From positions 1-64,000 of the forward strand of contig CAZWEM010000017.1 of the NCBI GenBank assembly GCA_964632315.1: a stretch of 64,000 nt of DNA, in the 5' to 3' direction. This DNA is from an uncultured archaeon (lineage in GTDB: Archaea; Asgardarchaeota; Lokiarchaeia; Sigyniarchaeales; SOKP01). The position numbers and the translations under genes are program-made. Below, one piece after another: positions 48,759 through 58,325 of the stretch (positions are counted from its first letter, which is position 1; each line of letters starts with the position of its first letter). The notes under the pieces are model-generated. The model did not search any database and was not told the DNA's origin. It was given only the letters and a program-made list of their open reading frames with translations.

Positions 48759-49961
48759 TTAAAAGAAATCTGATGAAACGGGAGATTGAATCCGTATGTT
48801 TTTTTGATCATTATCCTCTAGTAAAGTGATTAAAGCAGAAACATTTTGCTTTGTTTCATAATCAATTTCTTTTTCCTCTCCAGATTTCCATTTATTAAAA
48901 CCCTTTAAAACGGGAGTACTTTCAAATAATCCTTCAAGTAAGCCCGAAACCTTAACTGAAACCCCATAGAGAGTATTTTTTGTTATATTTTTGATTTTTA
49001 TTCTATATTTGTCCATATCTGAATCGATTGATGCTATTTGAAATACTTTTTGTAATTTTGAGGAAAGCCCTTCGAATAGAGAGGGCGCGCTCGAACCTTG
49101 ACTGGCAAATAAATCCTCTCCAATCATCCCCTCTTCAACGGGCTTAGAGACAATAGTTATTGGTACATCGAATTTTATTTTTTCTCGTCCAGATGAAAGT
49201 TTTCCCATGACTCTTAATGACCATCGGGTGTAATCACCAAACTTAAAACCCCATTGCTCCTTCTCTTGGGCTTCCCAAACATAGCTATGGGAGGGCTCAG
49301 CGATCTCTGGAACTTTAATTAAGAGGAAACCTTTTTCAACATTGGTAGTCTTTGCATCTCCTGCTATAGCTGGGGGTAATTTTTCTACTTTTCTACAATT
49401 TTGCCCATAGGCATCACAATAACAGATCAAATTTGCTTCCTGTAACAATCTAATTTCAATCTCTTTTAATTCATCTGAACTAAAGTTGACCTTTATAGTC
49501 TCTCCAGGTTTGAATATGTCTTTTGAGAGATTGATATTTAAACCTGATAATGAAAAAGATATAGGATTCGACTTTTTTGTCTGCAATCCGATACCTTTTG
49601 CTTTAATTTCAATTCTTTTTGTCTTATTTACGAGTAGATCGTCATCAGGATTTATAGGATGAGGTTGTCTTAATATAAGCTTAATGTAGTATTCTAAATT
49701 ACGATTTTTTATCGTGGGTACAACGTTATTTTTAATTAACAGCATTCTGTTTCGTATGTATTCTCCAGATTCAAAAGTACCTTTTGAAAAGATTTCCGCT
49801 TTTGCAATCTGTAATTCTTTTGCACAAGGTGGATTTGTTAAAAGCTGTAAACCACTCCAGAGTATTTCAGAATCCTCTTCAAAATTAAACTTGGTTAAGA
49901 TCCCGAGTTTATCTCCAACGTATACCGAGCCATTGTTTAAGTCTTCTAACTCGATTTTCAT
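48759..49961 (-). CDS. Arrestin-fold-like (arrestin/Vps26/Spo0M) beta-sandwich protein
   Basis: Two beta-rich halves starting VYVGDKLG and IFKPGETIKV; GEY...VVPTI...LEYYIKLIL; PSH...WSLRV...FDVPITIV. Confidence 0.55.
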   Translation of the reverse strand: MKIELEDLNNGSVYVGDKLGILTKFNFEEDSEILWSGLQLLTNPPCAKELQIAKAEIFSKGTFESGEYIRNRMLLIKNNVVPTIKNRNLEYYIKLILRQPHPINPDDDLLVNKTKRIEIKAKGIGLQTKKSNPISFSLSGLNINLSKDIFKPGETIKVNFSSDELKEIEIRLLQEANLICYCDAYGQNCRKVEKLPPAIAGDAKTTNVEKGFLLIKVPEIAEPSHSYVWEAQEKEQWGFKFGDYTRWSLRVMGKLSSGREKIKFDVPITIVSKPVEEGMIGEDLFASQGSSAPSLFEGLSSKLQKVFQIASIDSDMDKYRIKIKNITKNTLYGVSVKVSGLLEGLFESTPVLKGFNKWKSGEEKEIDYETKQNVSALITLLEDNDQKNIRIQSPVSSDFF

Positions 49962-50056
49962 GGTTTTGACGAATGTTGCTATAAGTATAAATTATTTGAT
50001 TTTAATAATATTTATTATTGTTCTTTAAATTTTAGAAGGAAAAATTCCACTTTAGA

Positions 50057-50191
50057 ATGAAAAATAAAGAATGTACTACTGGACCTAGTTTTTGTCAAAT
50101 CTGTGGAAAAGAGATGCCTTTTAGTCAAATATGTATTCAATGCAACAAGAAATCAAAAAGAAATAGAAAAAATAAACCAAAAAATAAGTAG
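50057..50191 (+). CDS. 44-aa zinc-finger microprotein with basic tail (not in ORF track)
   Basis: MKNKECTTGPSFCQICGKEMPFSQICIQCNKKSKRNRKNKPKNK. Confidence 0.6.
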   Translation: MKNKECTTGPSFCQICGKEMPFSQICIQCNKKSKRNRKNKPKNK

Positions 50192-50242
50192 AAGAAATCA
50201 TTTGAATTAGTATCAATAGGGGAATTATCAGGAATAGTCAAA

Positions 50243-50944
50243 ATGAAATTAAAAAGCATTAAAGCAATTTTATTTGATCTTGATGGAACACTAATTAATG
50301 TAGATTTAAAAAAATTAATCCCAAACTACATGAAACTTCTTTCGGAGAAATTTAAACATATTATCCGACCAAGTAAATTTATTTCTTTATTATTAGAAGC
50401 ATCAAATAGGATAGATCAAAATGATGGAGGAGTTACAAATGAAAAAATTTTTGAGAAAGTTTTTTTTCCTCTCAATGGTCGTTCAAGGAAAGATGTCGAC
50501 CCTCTTTTTGATGAATTTTATGAAAAAGATTTTGTCAAATTAAAAGTACATACCGAAGTTAAGCACGAGGCTCGCTCTGTAATGTCTAAAGTCTTTGAAC
50601 AGGGATATGATGTTGTAATTGCTACAACCCCAATAATTCCCTTAACAGCAATCAAACAAAGACTTGATTGGGCTGGTGTAGGTGATTTTAACTATGCATT
50701 TATTACGACGATTGAAAACATGCATGCGAATAAACCTCATGAGAAATACTATGCCCAAATTTTTAACACCTTGAAAGTCAAACCAAACAATTGTTTGATG
50801 GTAGGAGATGAAAATAAGGACATGTTAGCGAAGGAATATGGATGCCTAACTTATTTAGTTCCTAGTACTAATACAAATTTAGAACCTACTACTCCAAAAC
50901 CAACTTTTCGAGGGGAATTAAAGGACTTAGTTTACATATTATAG
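50243..50944 (+). CDS. HAD-superfamily hydrolase
   Basis: FDLDGTL, ATT, KP, MVGDENKD. Confidence 0.92.
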   Translation: MKLKSIKAILFDLDGTLINVDLKKLIPNYMKLLSEKFKHIIRPSKFISLLLEASNRIDQNDGGVTNEKIFEKVFFPLNGRSRKDVDPLFDEFYEKDFVKLKVHTEVKHEARSVMSKVFEQGYDVVIATTPIIPLTAIKQRLDWAGVGDFNYAFITTIENMHANKPHEKYYAQIFNTLKVKPNNCLMVGDENKDMLAKEYGCLTYLVPSTNTNLEPTTPKPTFRGELKDLVYIL

Positions 50945-51064
50945 CATTTAGGGTAGTTTTATAAAATTATTCTTAACAACTTTTATGAGTGAAGATGCTT
51001 TTTTGAATCTTTTTTTCTTTTTATTATAATAAAATTCTTAATTATAACTCTTCTATTATAAGTC

Positions 51065-51790
51065 ATGAAATCACCACTTTTTTCAATTAATGAAGTCTCA
51101 TTTAAGATTGCTGAAAAGACAATTTTAGATCATATTTCAATCAACATTGCGCAAGATAAAATAACCGGAATAATTGGCCCTTCTGGCGCGGGAAAGAGTA
51201 CTTTCTTGCGATTATTAAACAAATTGATTTCCCCTACTGCTGGACAAATTATTTATAGAGATAACGATTTAAAGGAGATGCCATCTCAAAATTTAAGAAA
51301 AGAAATCGGAATGCTTCAACAACAAGCATTTCTCTTTCCTGGAACTGTAAAAGATAATTTACTATATGGTCCATTAATATGGAATATTGACTATTCAGAA
51401 GAAGATTTAATTCAACTTTTAGCAAAGGTTGCATTAGATTCAGGTTACTTGGAGAGGGATATTGAAGGCCTCTCTGGGGGAGAACAACAAAGAGTTAGTC
51501 TTGCCAGAAGTCTTGCAAATCAACCTAGAGTCTTACTTCTAGATGAACCTACTAGTTCCCTAGATATCAGTTCAGAAGAGATCATAGAACAAACAATTAC
51601 GAAACTAAATGAAGAGGGAGTCAAGATTATAATTGTATCTCATTCTTTGGAGCAAACTGAGCGTATCACTGATTGTTTATTATTTTTGAGACAAGGTAAG
51701 ATGATTGAAAAGAGTGATACTACAGAATTTTTTTCAAATTATAACCGGAATGAGATTAAATCATTCTTTAAGAAAAAGGAGGAGAAATAA
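51065..51790 (+). CDS. ABC transporter ATP-binding protein (FetA/YbbL-like)
   Basis: GPSGAGKST, LSGGEQQR, LLLDEPT, VSH. Confidence 0.92.
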   Translation: MKSPLFSINEVSFKIAEKTILDHISINIAQDKITGIIGPSGAGKSTFLRLLNKLISPTAGQIIYRDNDLKEMPSQNLRKEIGMLQQQAFLFPGTVKDNLLYGPLIWNIDYSEEDLIQLLAKVALDSGYLERDIEGLSGGEQQRVSLARSLANQPRVLLLDEPTSSLDISSEEIIEQTITKLNEEGVKIIIVSHSLEQTERITDCLLFLRQGKMIEKSDTTEFFSNYNRNEIKSFFKKKEEK

Positions 51791-51793
51791 ATA

Positions 51794-52666
51794 ATGGCCG
51801 TTATAGATGAAATACTTTCTAATTTAACCAACCCAGATTTATGGATTAGGCTTGCATTTGCGAGTCTTTTGGTTATAGTCTTAATAGGGTTATCTTTATG
51901 GAAGGATACTAAACTGGAGAAAAAAATTATATGGAGTTTTGCCAGGGGATTAGTTCAAATTGTCTTATTAGGGTCCATCTTAGTCTTAATTTTTGGAATT
52001 GAACAACTTTGGATATTATATGGTATCTTATTTTTCATGTGTGTGTTTGCGGCTTACACGAATTATAAGTCTTATCCTTATCCAAAAACATTTCGGATTA
52101 ACTTTATTGGAATTACTTTTAGTAGTCTGCTTATAATGACATTTGTAATTTTTTCTGGAGCGATCCCTAACTTTAATGGAATTGTTTATCAAGCAAGTAA
52201 TACTCAGTCGACTTTCGGGAGTTTTGTTATTCCGATTGGAAGCATGACGATATTTTTTGCGATGAGACAAACTGGTTTGACCTTGGAGAGAGCTAAATCA
52301 GATATCCTAAAATCAAGAGGTGAAATAGAGGCGGCACTCAGCTTAGGAGCGAGTCCCACTAAAGCTATCAAAAATATTACACGAGACGCTTTTCGTGTGA
52401 ATTTGGTGCCTACCCTCAATCGAGTAGCTGTTTTAGGGGTTGTTAATATCCCAGGACTAATGTCTGGAATGATTGTTGGTGGAGCCTCTCCCATTGAAGC
52501 TGCTGTTTATCAAGTTGTTATCTTCATGATGTTATTGTGTGCTGCTTTTATATCAAGTATTATATGTAGCCATTTTTTTACCAAGCAATTTTTCACCGCT
52601 GATGAACAGTTAAATCTAGAATTCTTCTATAAACTTAGTAATATAGGAAAAGAAAAGAAGAAGTAA
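51794..52666 (+). CDS. ABC transporter permease, UPF0014 (FetB/YbbM-like)
   Basis: RGLVQIVLLG, IEAALSLGA, GVVNIPGLMSGMIVGGASPIEAAVYQ. Confidence 0.88.
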   Translation: MAVIDEILSNLTNPDLWIRLAFASLLVIVLIGLSLWKDTKLEKKIIWSFARGLVQIVLLGSILVLIFGIEQLWILYGILFFMCVFAAYTNYKSYPYPKTFRINFIGITFSSLLIMTFVIFSGAIPNFNGIVYQASNTQSTFGSFVIPIGSMTIFFAMRQTGLTLERAKSDILKSRGEIEAALSLGASPTKAIKNITRDAFRVNLVPTLNRVAVLGVVNIPGLMSGMIVGGASPIEAAVYQVVIFMMLLCAAFISSIICSHFFTKQFFTADEQLNLEFFYKLSNIGKEKKK

Positions 52667-52677
52667 AGAATGTTCTA

Positions 52678-53850
52678 TCAAGAAGCTGGAGGAAGAGGAG
52701 GAACTAAATTGTCCCATTCTTGGGAAACTGGGTAATTCCACCAATGTTTTGGAATCATTGAATAATTCCCAAATTTTTGTAATCCTTTCTCAAAAGCTTT
52801 AATATTTTTCCGAGGTGCATTGAGATCTCGTGGAGTAGGATAGAAATAAGCGCCAAATCCACCATATTTCGTACCTAAATTCCTCACCATGTGCCACACT
52901 TCTCGTTCAACTTCTTCGGGAGTGCCTTGCGTGTAAATTGATTGAATATTCACGCATCCCCAGAACATTATCGTACCCCGATACTTTGCTAAATCGGTAT
53001 ATCCACTCATTCGTGGACTGTCTAATTCAATAGCATCAAGCCCCCATTTGATAAGTGGTTCAAGTAAAGGGTCGATTTTTCCGCAACAATGAAGATGGAC
53101 ATCTATACCTAAATCATGAGCACCCTCAATTATGGTACAATATGATTCTTCATAGAATTCCTCAAAAGTTTTAGGACTGAAGAAAGGACCTGTTTGTTCC
53201 CCCAAATCGTCGACTATCCAAATCCCATCGGGATATATTCCATACTTCTTTGCGTATTTAAGAACATCCACGTGATAATCCGCAACAGCCTTCAATGCAA
53301 GCTTTAATTTATTCGGATGTCTCCTATGGTCTATTAAATAAGTATCAAATCCACGCATGGCTGCAACCACTTGAGAAGGGCCAAAACTGTTTAATAGTAG
53401 TATAGTGTATTTTTCTTCTGTTAAGTTATTTAAAAGGATTTTTGCAGCTTCGTATCTAGTTTTATCGCTCGCATCAGGCGTATATTTCAATAGATAATCG
53501 TCAAGATTATCCCAGTTTAAAAGTGAAGGCCTACCAGGATGTCCCATGTTTTTATCGTTTCCTTGCATCCTCCAAAGACAGCCCCATTCATCGATCTCTT
53601 CATGAGGGATTTTTTTCCAGTTATTACCTTCATATTTTGGAACTTTCGCCCAATCTGGTCTATTCCAATTATCATAACCAGCCCTCAAATGGGGAAATAA
53701 ACCTTCTTCTCCTTCATTCCAACCAGGGTGCCAATTCTTTGAATGAGTTATAGGAAAAGGATATACATCCCCAGAAACTAAATTAAAGGTTGGTACTTTG
53801 TCTGGACTTTGAAAATTTAAGGCTGCTTTAACTCTCTCTTTTGAATTCAT
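52678..53850 (-). CDS. Uroporphyrinogen decarboxylase / MtaA-CmuA methyltransferase family protein
   Basis: MNSKERVKAAL...PDKVP, DEWG, DDLG, HCCG, GTPEEV. Confidence 0.85.
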   Translation of the reverse strand: MNSKERVKAALNFQSPDKVPTFNLVSGDVYPFPITHSKNWHPGWNEGEEGLFPHLRAGYDNWNRPDWAKVPKYEGNNWKKIPHEEIDEWGCLWRMQGNDKNMGHPGRPSLLNWDNLDDYLLKYTPDASDKTRYEAAKILLNNLTEEKYTILLLNSFGPSQVVAAMRGFDTYLIDHRRHPNKLKLALKAVADYHVDVLKYAKKYGIYPDGIWIVDDLGEQTGPFFSPKTFEEFYEESYCTIIEGAHDLGIDVHLHCCGKIDPLLEPLIKWGLDAIELDSPRMSGYTDLAKYRGTIMFWGCVNIQSIYTQGTPEEVEREVWHMVRNLGTKYGGFGAYFYPTPRDLNAPRKNIKAFEKGLQKFGNYSMIPKHWWNYPVSQEWDNLVPPLPPAS

Positions 53851-53878
53851 AGCGATTCATTTTAAGGTAATATCTATA

Positions 53879-55351
53879 TTAGAATTTATTCAAGTATTCA
53901 TTAATGTTTCTCTTTTCAACTTTTTTAAGATAAAGATCGATTTTTTTTTCCACTTCCATTGATAATGTATTTGGAACGTGATTTTTTAATATTTCATCCA
54001 CCTTTTCATGTGCTTTATCAATAATGTCAAGTGCGCCTTTTTTAATCCAAGTTTTTCTCGAGTTTCGTTCACTTAAATTTGGGATAAACAATTCTTTTTT
54101 GACATTTTTAGAAGTGTGTTGTAAACCTAAGAAATGTGCCCCCTCATTTATTCCTTTCATCACATTTTTAATTTGATTTAGAGCAATCGACTCAGGATTG
54201 ACATCTATGCCTCTTAAGCCGCGTAATACCATCCCCGCCATTTCATTATCGATAGGGAGTAATTCTAAACTTGAGCTAAGCCCACATTCATAGGTTCCGG
54301 CACATGTTATATAATTTATGCCTGCATAAGCTGCTGCTGACAGGGTATTAAACCTTTCAAAACCATTTTGCATGTCAAAACAATTTGAATTTGTAATGCA
54401 TCCAGAAGCACGTGAGGGAATTTTATAAAACCGAGCTAGTTGAGCACTCGCAATAGTTATTAAACTGGTTTCTATTGAACCCCAAGCAACATTTCCAGTT
54501 CTTGGATCTATTGGAGTATTCACAGTTCCATATAACACGGGAGTTCCAGGACTTATTAATTGAGTTAGCATGATTGAAGATAATACTTCTCCATTAGTTT
54601 GGGTTAATAAACCCGCAAGAGTTATAGGTGCATTTAATCCGCCACTTGCTGATGGAGCAATGATCAATGGTTGGTGATATTTGGCAAAGACAGAAAGTCC
54701 GCCTAATAATACTCTTGGTAAAGTAAGAGGGCTGAGTGGATTGAAGAAACCGACAATTCGTGGTCTGCTAATTAATTCCTTTTTACTCCCCACCAAGATT
54801 GTGAGAAGCTTCATCACATCTTTAGACATGTATTCTCCTCTGGTTCCTATTCCAAACGGCTTTCTACTATTCCTTGCCCATTCTTTAATTGCATGACAAT
54901 GAAGAGTCACATAAGGGATATCAACAGGCCACAGATCTAAATGAGAGGATGAAATATTTTCAAGAGAATCAACAATTTTCAAAAATTTGATGAAATCTTG
55001 GAGAGTAGCATCTCTAGGACTTAGAGGATTTTGAGTATCATATAATTTCGTGGGAGCACCTTGAGTAGTAAAATGAACATTATCCGTAGTAATTTCTATC
55101 TTGAAACCACCATCTGGACCATATAACGAAAACTCCTTAGGAACGCGGTTTAAATATTTATTTAAAAGAACTTCTGGTATTTTAACTAATTTGGATTTTT
55201 CATCTATTTCTGCACCATGATCTTGAAAGAGTTCACGAGCATATTTAGAATCTACAATAACACCAACATTTTCGAGTAAATACACAGTAGATTCATGAAT
55301 CTTACTAATTTCTTCTGTATTTAAAACTTCAAGCTTTTTTAACTTAATTAT
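53879..55351 (-). CDS. Trimethylamine methyltransferase (MttB) superfamily protein, non-pyrrolysine
   Basis: NPLSPL, APITLAG, PGTPVLYG, DPRTG, DMQNGFE; homology extends 22 codons upstream of the listed GTG (55285) to an ATA/ATT. Confidence 0.88.
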   Translation of the reverse strand: MIKLKKLEVLNTEEISKIHESTVYLLENVGVIVDSKYARELFQDHGAEIDEKSKLVKIPEVLLNKYLNRVPKEFSLYGPDGGFKIEITTDNVHFTTQGAPTKLYDTQNPLSPRDATLQDFIKFLKIVDSLENISSSHLDLWPVDIPYVTLHCHAIKEWARNSRKPFGIGTRGEYMSKDVMKLLTILVGSKKELISRPRIVGFFNPLSPLTLPRVLLGGLSVFAKYHQPLIIAPSASGGLNAPITLAGLLTQTNGEVLSSIMLTQLISPGTPVLYGTVNTPIDPRTGNVAWGSIETSLITIASAQLARFYKIPSRASGCITNSNCFDMQNGFERFNTLSAAAYAGINYITCAGTYECGLSSSLELLPIDNEMAGMVLRGLRGIDVNPESIALNQIKNVMKGINEGAHFLGLQHTSKNVKKELFIPNLSERNSRKTWIKKGALDIIDKAHEKVDEILKNHVPNTLSMEVEKKIDLYLKKVEKRNINEYLNKF

Positions 55352-55417
55352 GTTTCACATCCTACATATAGGTAAGAAAAAAAGAAATTATTATATCTAA
55401 AAGTTGCTATACAAGTT

Positions 55418-56818
55418 CTATTTTTTTGATCCGACAAACCGCTCTATGATTAGTATTATAATTACAATGAAGGCGATTGGAGGAAAAATTAACAGAAATA
55501 ATCGGAATGCTAAGGATTCTGCAATATGATCTGCCGTAACAAAAATTAACCCGTCAATGAACGTACTTATTAAAGATAAACAAGTAAATATAAACAAAAT
55601 ATTGTTGATCTTGCTATCACTAATTTCTTGCAACCTCTCTTTACCACGATTGTATAAATATTCGAAAGTGTCTAATTTATCAGTGAAAAAATCTTCCATT
55701 TGAGAGCTTCTCCAGCTTATGTTTGATTCATTATATACGAAATGTGCGAAGGGAGCGAGATTTTGTAGAAAATTATTTTTATTCAGGGAATACAACTCCA
55801 TTTCTATCCTTAGTTTGTTTATCCAATTGACGGATCGTTTGATCCGCTTTTTTTGCAATCCACTATATGAAGCTAACTGGTTTAATCGTTTATACAATAT
55901 ATCGTTAAAAACCTGAAGTGTTCGATATTCTATTTCCAGGTATCTAAGTGTATCCTTAGCATAATTTAATTCAGTTTCATTTAAATCTGCCCATAAACTA
56001 TTTCCCCATCCGGTATGGACGAATCCCTTGGTTCCTTTAGCAAAGTTAATTCCACCCTCAGGATGACTTACTTCTACTACCTTTTTCATCATCTCATCAA
56101 TTGGTAAGTGTTCCTCGCCATTTGCTTTATTTCGAACGAGTACAATATGACCCCATAAGGGAATTCCCGATTTTTGATTACCAAATAAATCATCATAAGT
56201 CATGAGAGGTTTTTCAATCTCAAAATCCTCTAAAATCCTATTATATTCTCCTAAAACATTCGAACAAGTGGATTGTGTTAGTTCTAATAATTCTTCATTT
56301 CTTAATATTTGATCAAGCAAGTCTGCCATAATTTTTCTTGGATTTGTATTCATAAAATCTTGGTTAAAAGAGAGATCTACCTTGCAATAAAGCATACCTA
56401 TTCCATATTCATGAAAGCTTAAGTTTTCAACTAAGAGTGAGGGGTTTGAACTAAAGATGTTTACTCCAATTACGTCGTTAGGTAATTTAATTTCTTCATC
56501 CAGTTGAATTGTAATAATGCTTTTATCTCGTTTCATCGCTCCACTTCCTCCAGTTCCCTTGAATAGTAGTTCATCATCATAGTGTGTTCGTTCTTTAGCC
56601 TTTTCACCCATCCATTTTCTAATGCGTTTAAAGGGGTTTTTTTCATTGGCAAACTGTTCAATAAGGACTTGGTCTGGGCACGCTTTTTGTAAGTTGGCAC
56701 ACATCAGTTTTCTAAAATCTTCATATTTTCCAATAAGGGACGAATAATCAATGACCATTTTAGAATTAAAAGGAGCAATAACGTAGAAAGAATATTTAGG
56801 TTTAATTGAATTGATCAT
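55418..56818 (-). CDS. Hypothetical protein with CorA-like architecture (long helices, two C-terminal TMs)
   Basis: Coiled helices leading into a TM hairpin; no GMN motif. Confidence 0.55.
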   Translation of the reverse strand: MINSIKPKYSFYVIAPFNSKMVIDYSSLIGKYEDFRKLMCANLQKACPDQVLIEQFANEKNPFKRIRKWMGEKAKERTHYDDELLFKGTGGSGAMKRDKSIITIQLDEEIKLPNDVIGVNIFSSNPSLLVENLSFHEYGIGMLYCKVDLSFNQDFMNTNPRKIMADLLDQILRNEELLELTQSTCSNVLGEYNRILEDFEIEKPLMTYDDLFGNQKSGIPLWGHIVLVRNKANGEEHLPIDEMMKKVVEVSHPEGGINFAKGTKGFVHTGWGNSLWADLNETELNYAKDTLRYLEIEYRTLQVFNDILYKRLNQLASYSGLQKKRIKRSVNWINKLRIEMELYSLNKNNFLQNLAPFAHFVYNESNISWRSSQMEDFFTDKLDTFEYLYNRGKERLQEISDSKINNILFIFTCLSLISTFIDGLIFVTADHIAESLAFRLFLLIFPPIAFIVIIILIIERFVGSKK

Positions 56819-57022
56819 TTATTTTCTCTTTTTTATATTTTAAATTTTAGTAGATAATACAAGATCAATTAAATATTAAATCATTTAGGGCTTACCTAAG
56901 TATTTTATTAAAAAAGGGAGGGATAATTAGAAGTAAATTAGTACTAAATTTGATTGCTCCTCTATATCTACAAAGGTTTCAAATTTTAGACAGAGGGATA
57001 ATAAAAAGTAAAAATGAAAAAT

Positions 57023-57739
57023 TTAATTTGCTAGCATTTTTAATGCTAATTCAGTTGATTCTTGAGCTTGTTCAACAGTTACCAACCCTATTGTCACGCA
57101 TTTTATATTGTGTTTTGAGATATATTCATAGGCTTTATTAGGCTCAATTTTTCCTGCAGCGATGGTTTTCATTCCCATAATTGATAAATCTTTTCGAGAG
57201 TCAACAAGTTCTTCCAACTTCTTTTGTTCTCCCATAAAAAGACCAACAGCGTTAAATGGGATTAAAAATGTTCTAACTTGGGGCGCATTTTCGAATACAT
57301 AGTTCAAAGTTGAAACTGGATTATGCGCAGCTACACCTGGAATGCACCCTCGAGATTCGATATCATTTAACATCTTGAGCAATTTTTTGTCTTTTTTATC
57401 TGATACCATCCCATGAGCAAAGATGATTTTAGCATCTAATTCAAGAAGCTCATCTATCATTGGATCGGGTCCTGGTGCTGTAGAACCAGTTATAATAAAA
57501 TCATCATATGAATCCTTCATTAAATTTGCAGCTTCCGGGATCTTCCCTATTGGAATCAACTCAATTCCTCGCGCACCCGCACGATATGCTGCCTTTAATA
57601 TTTCTAACATTGCATTGGCATCATTCATGAATTTTTTACGATATATTCTTGCATTTTTACCAAATTGAGCAGCTCCAAGAAATGGTGAAGTTCCTACTGA
57701 GATCACGGGTATTTTTTGTCCTTCTATTTCACAGAACAT
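57023..57739 (-). CDS. Aldo/keto-reductase-like TIM-barrel protein
   Basis: GTSPFLG, PGVAAH, PFNAVGLFM, MKTIAAG, VTIG. Confidence 0.6.
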   Translation of the reverse strand: MFCEIEGQKIPVISVGTSPFLGAAQFGKNARIYRKKFMNDANAMLEILKAAYRAGARGIELIPIGKIPEAANLMKDSYDDFIITGSTAPGPDPMIDELLELDAKIIFAHGMVSDKKDKKLLKMLNDIESRGCIPGVAAHNPVSTLNYVFENAPQVRTFLIPFNAVGLFMGEQKKLEELVDSRKDLSIMGMKTIAAGKIEPNKAYEYISKHNIKCVTIGLVTVEQAQESTELALKMLAN

Positions 57740-57810
57740 TATTCCTTTAATGATAAAAAATTAAAAATCTTTATGATTAAAATACTAGTCTAATTATCAG
57801 AGATGATACT

Positions 57811-58302
57811 ATGAAAATTATATCATATAATGACGTTTTCAAGACTAAATTAATTCCTTTAATTGCACAGAATGCAATTTCGCTTGCTAAATTGAAGAAT
57901 CGTGAAAAGGAAGTAGATTTCGAAGCTGCTAATGAAGATTTAGAATATTATTTACGAAACAAATTTCCATTCTTTTTAGCTATTGATGATGATAATAAGA
58001 TTCTGGGTTTTACAGTATGTCGGATAGACGAGAACGTGGTATGGGATGAATTACTATATGTGATACCTGAAGAAAGACGAAAAGGAATTGCTTCTGCATT
58101 ATTCAAAAGGGCAGAGCAAGTTGCAATTGAACTTGGAGGAGATACATTGTATAATTGGGTACATCCTAATAACGAGAAGATCATACCCTTTTTAAAAAAA
58201 CAAGGATATGAGGTATTAAATTTTATAGAGATTCGAAAAAAATATCCTAACGAAACTTTAACTCAAAGAATGAAAGTAGGAAAACATGAATATAAATATT
58301 AA
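57811..58302 (+). CDS. GNAT N-acetyltransferase
   Basis: LYVIPEERRKGIASAL, N...FLKKQGY. Confidence 0.88.
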   Translation: MKIISYNDVFKTKLIPLIAQNAISLAKLKNREKEVDFEAANEDLEYYLRNKFPFFLAIDDDNKILGFTVCRIDENVVWDELLYVIPEERRKGIASALFKRAEQVAIELGGDTLYNWVHPNNEKIIPFLKKQGYEVLNFIEIRKKYPNETLTQRMKVGKHEYKY

Positions 58303-58325
58303 ATTCGAACTTGTCAGCCACAAGA

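Noticed and set aside
53879-55351. Pyrrolysine-containing MttB
   Set aside because: No in-frame TAG; the ORF is continuous
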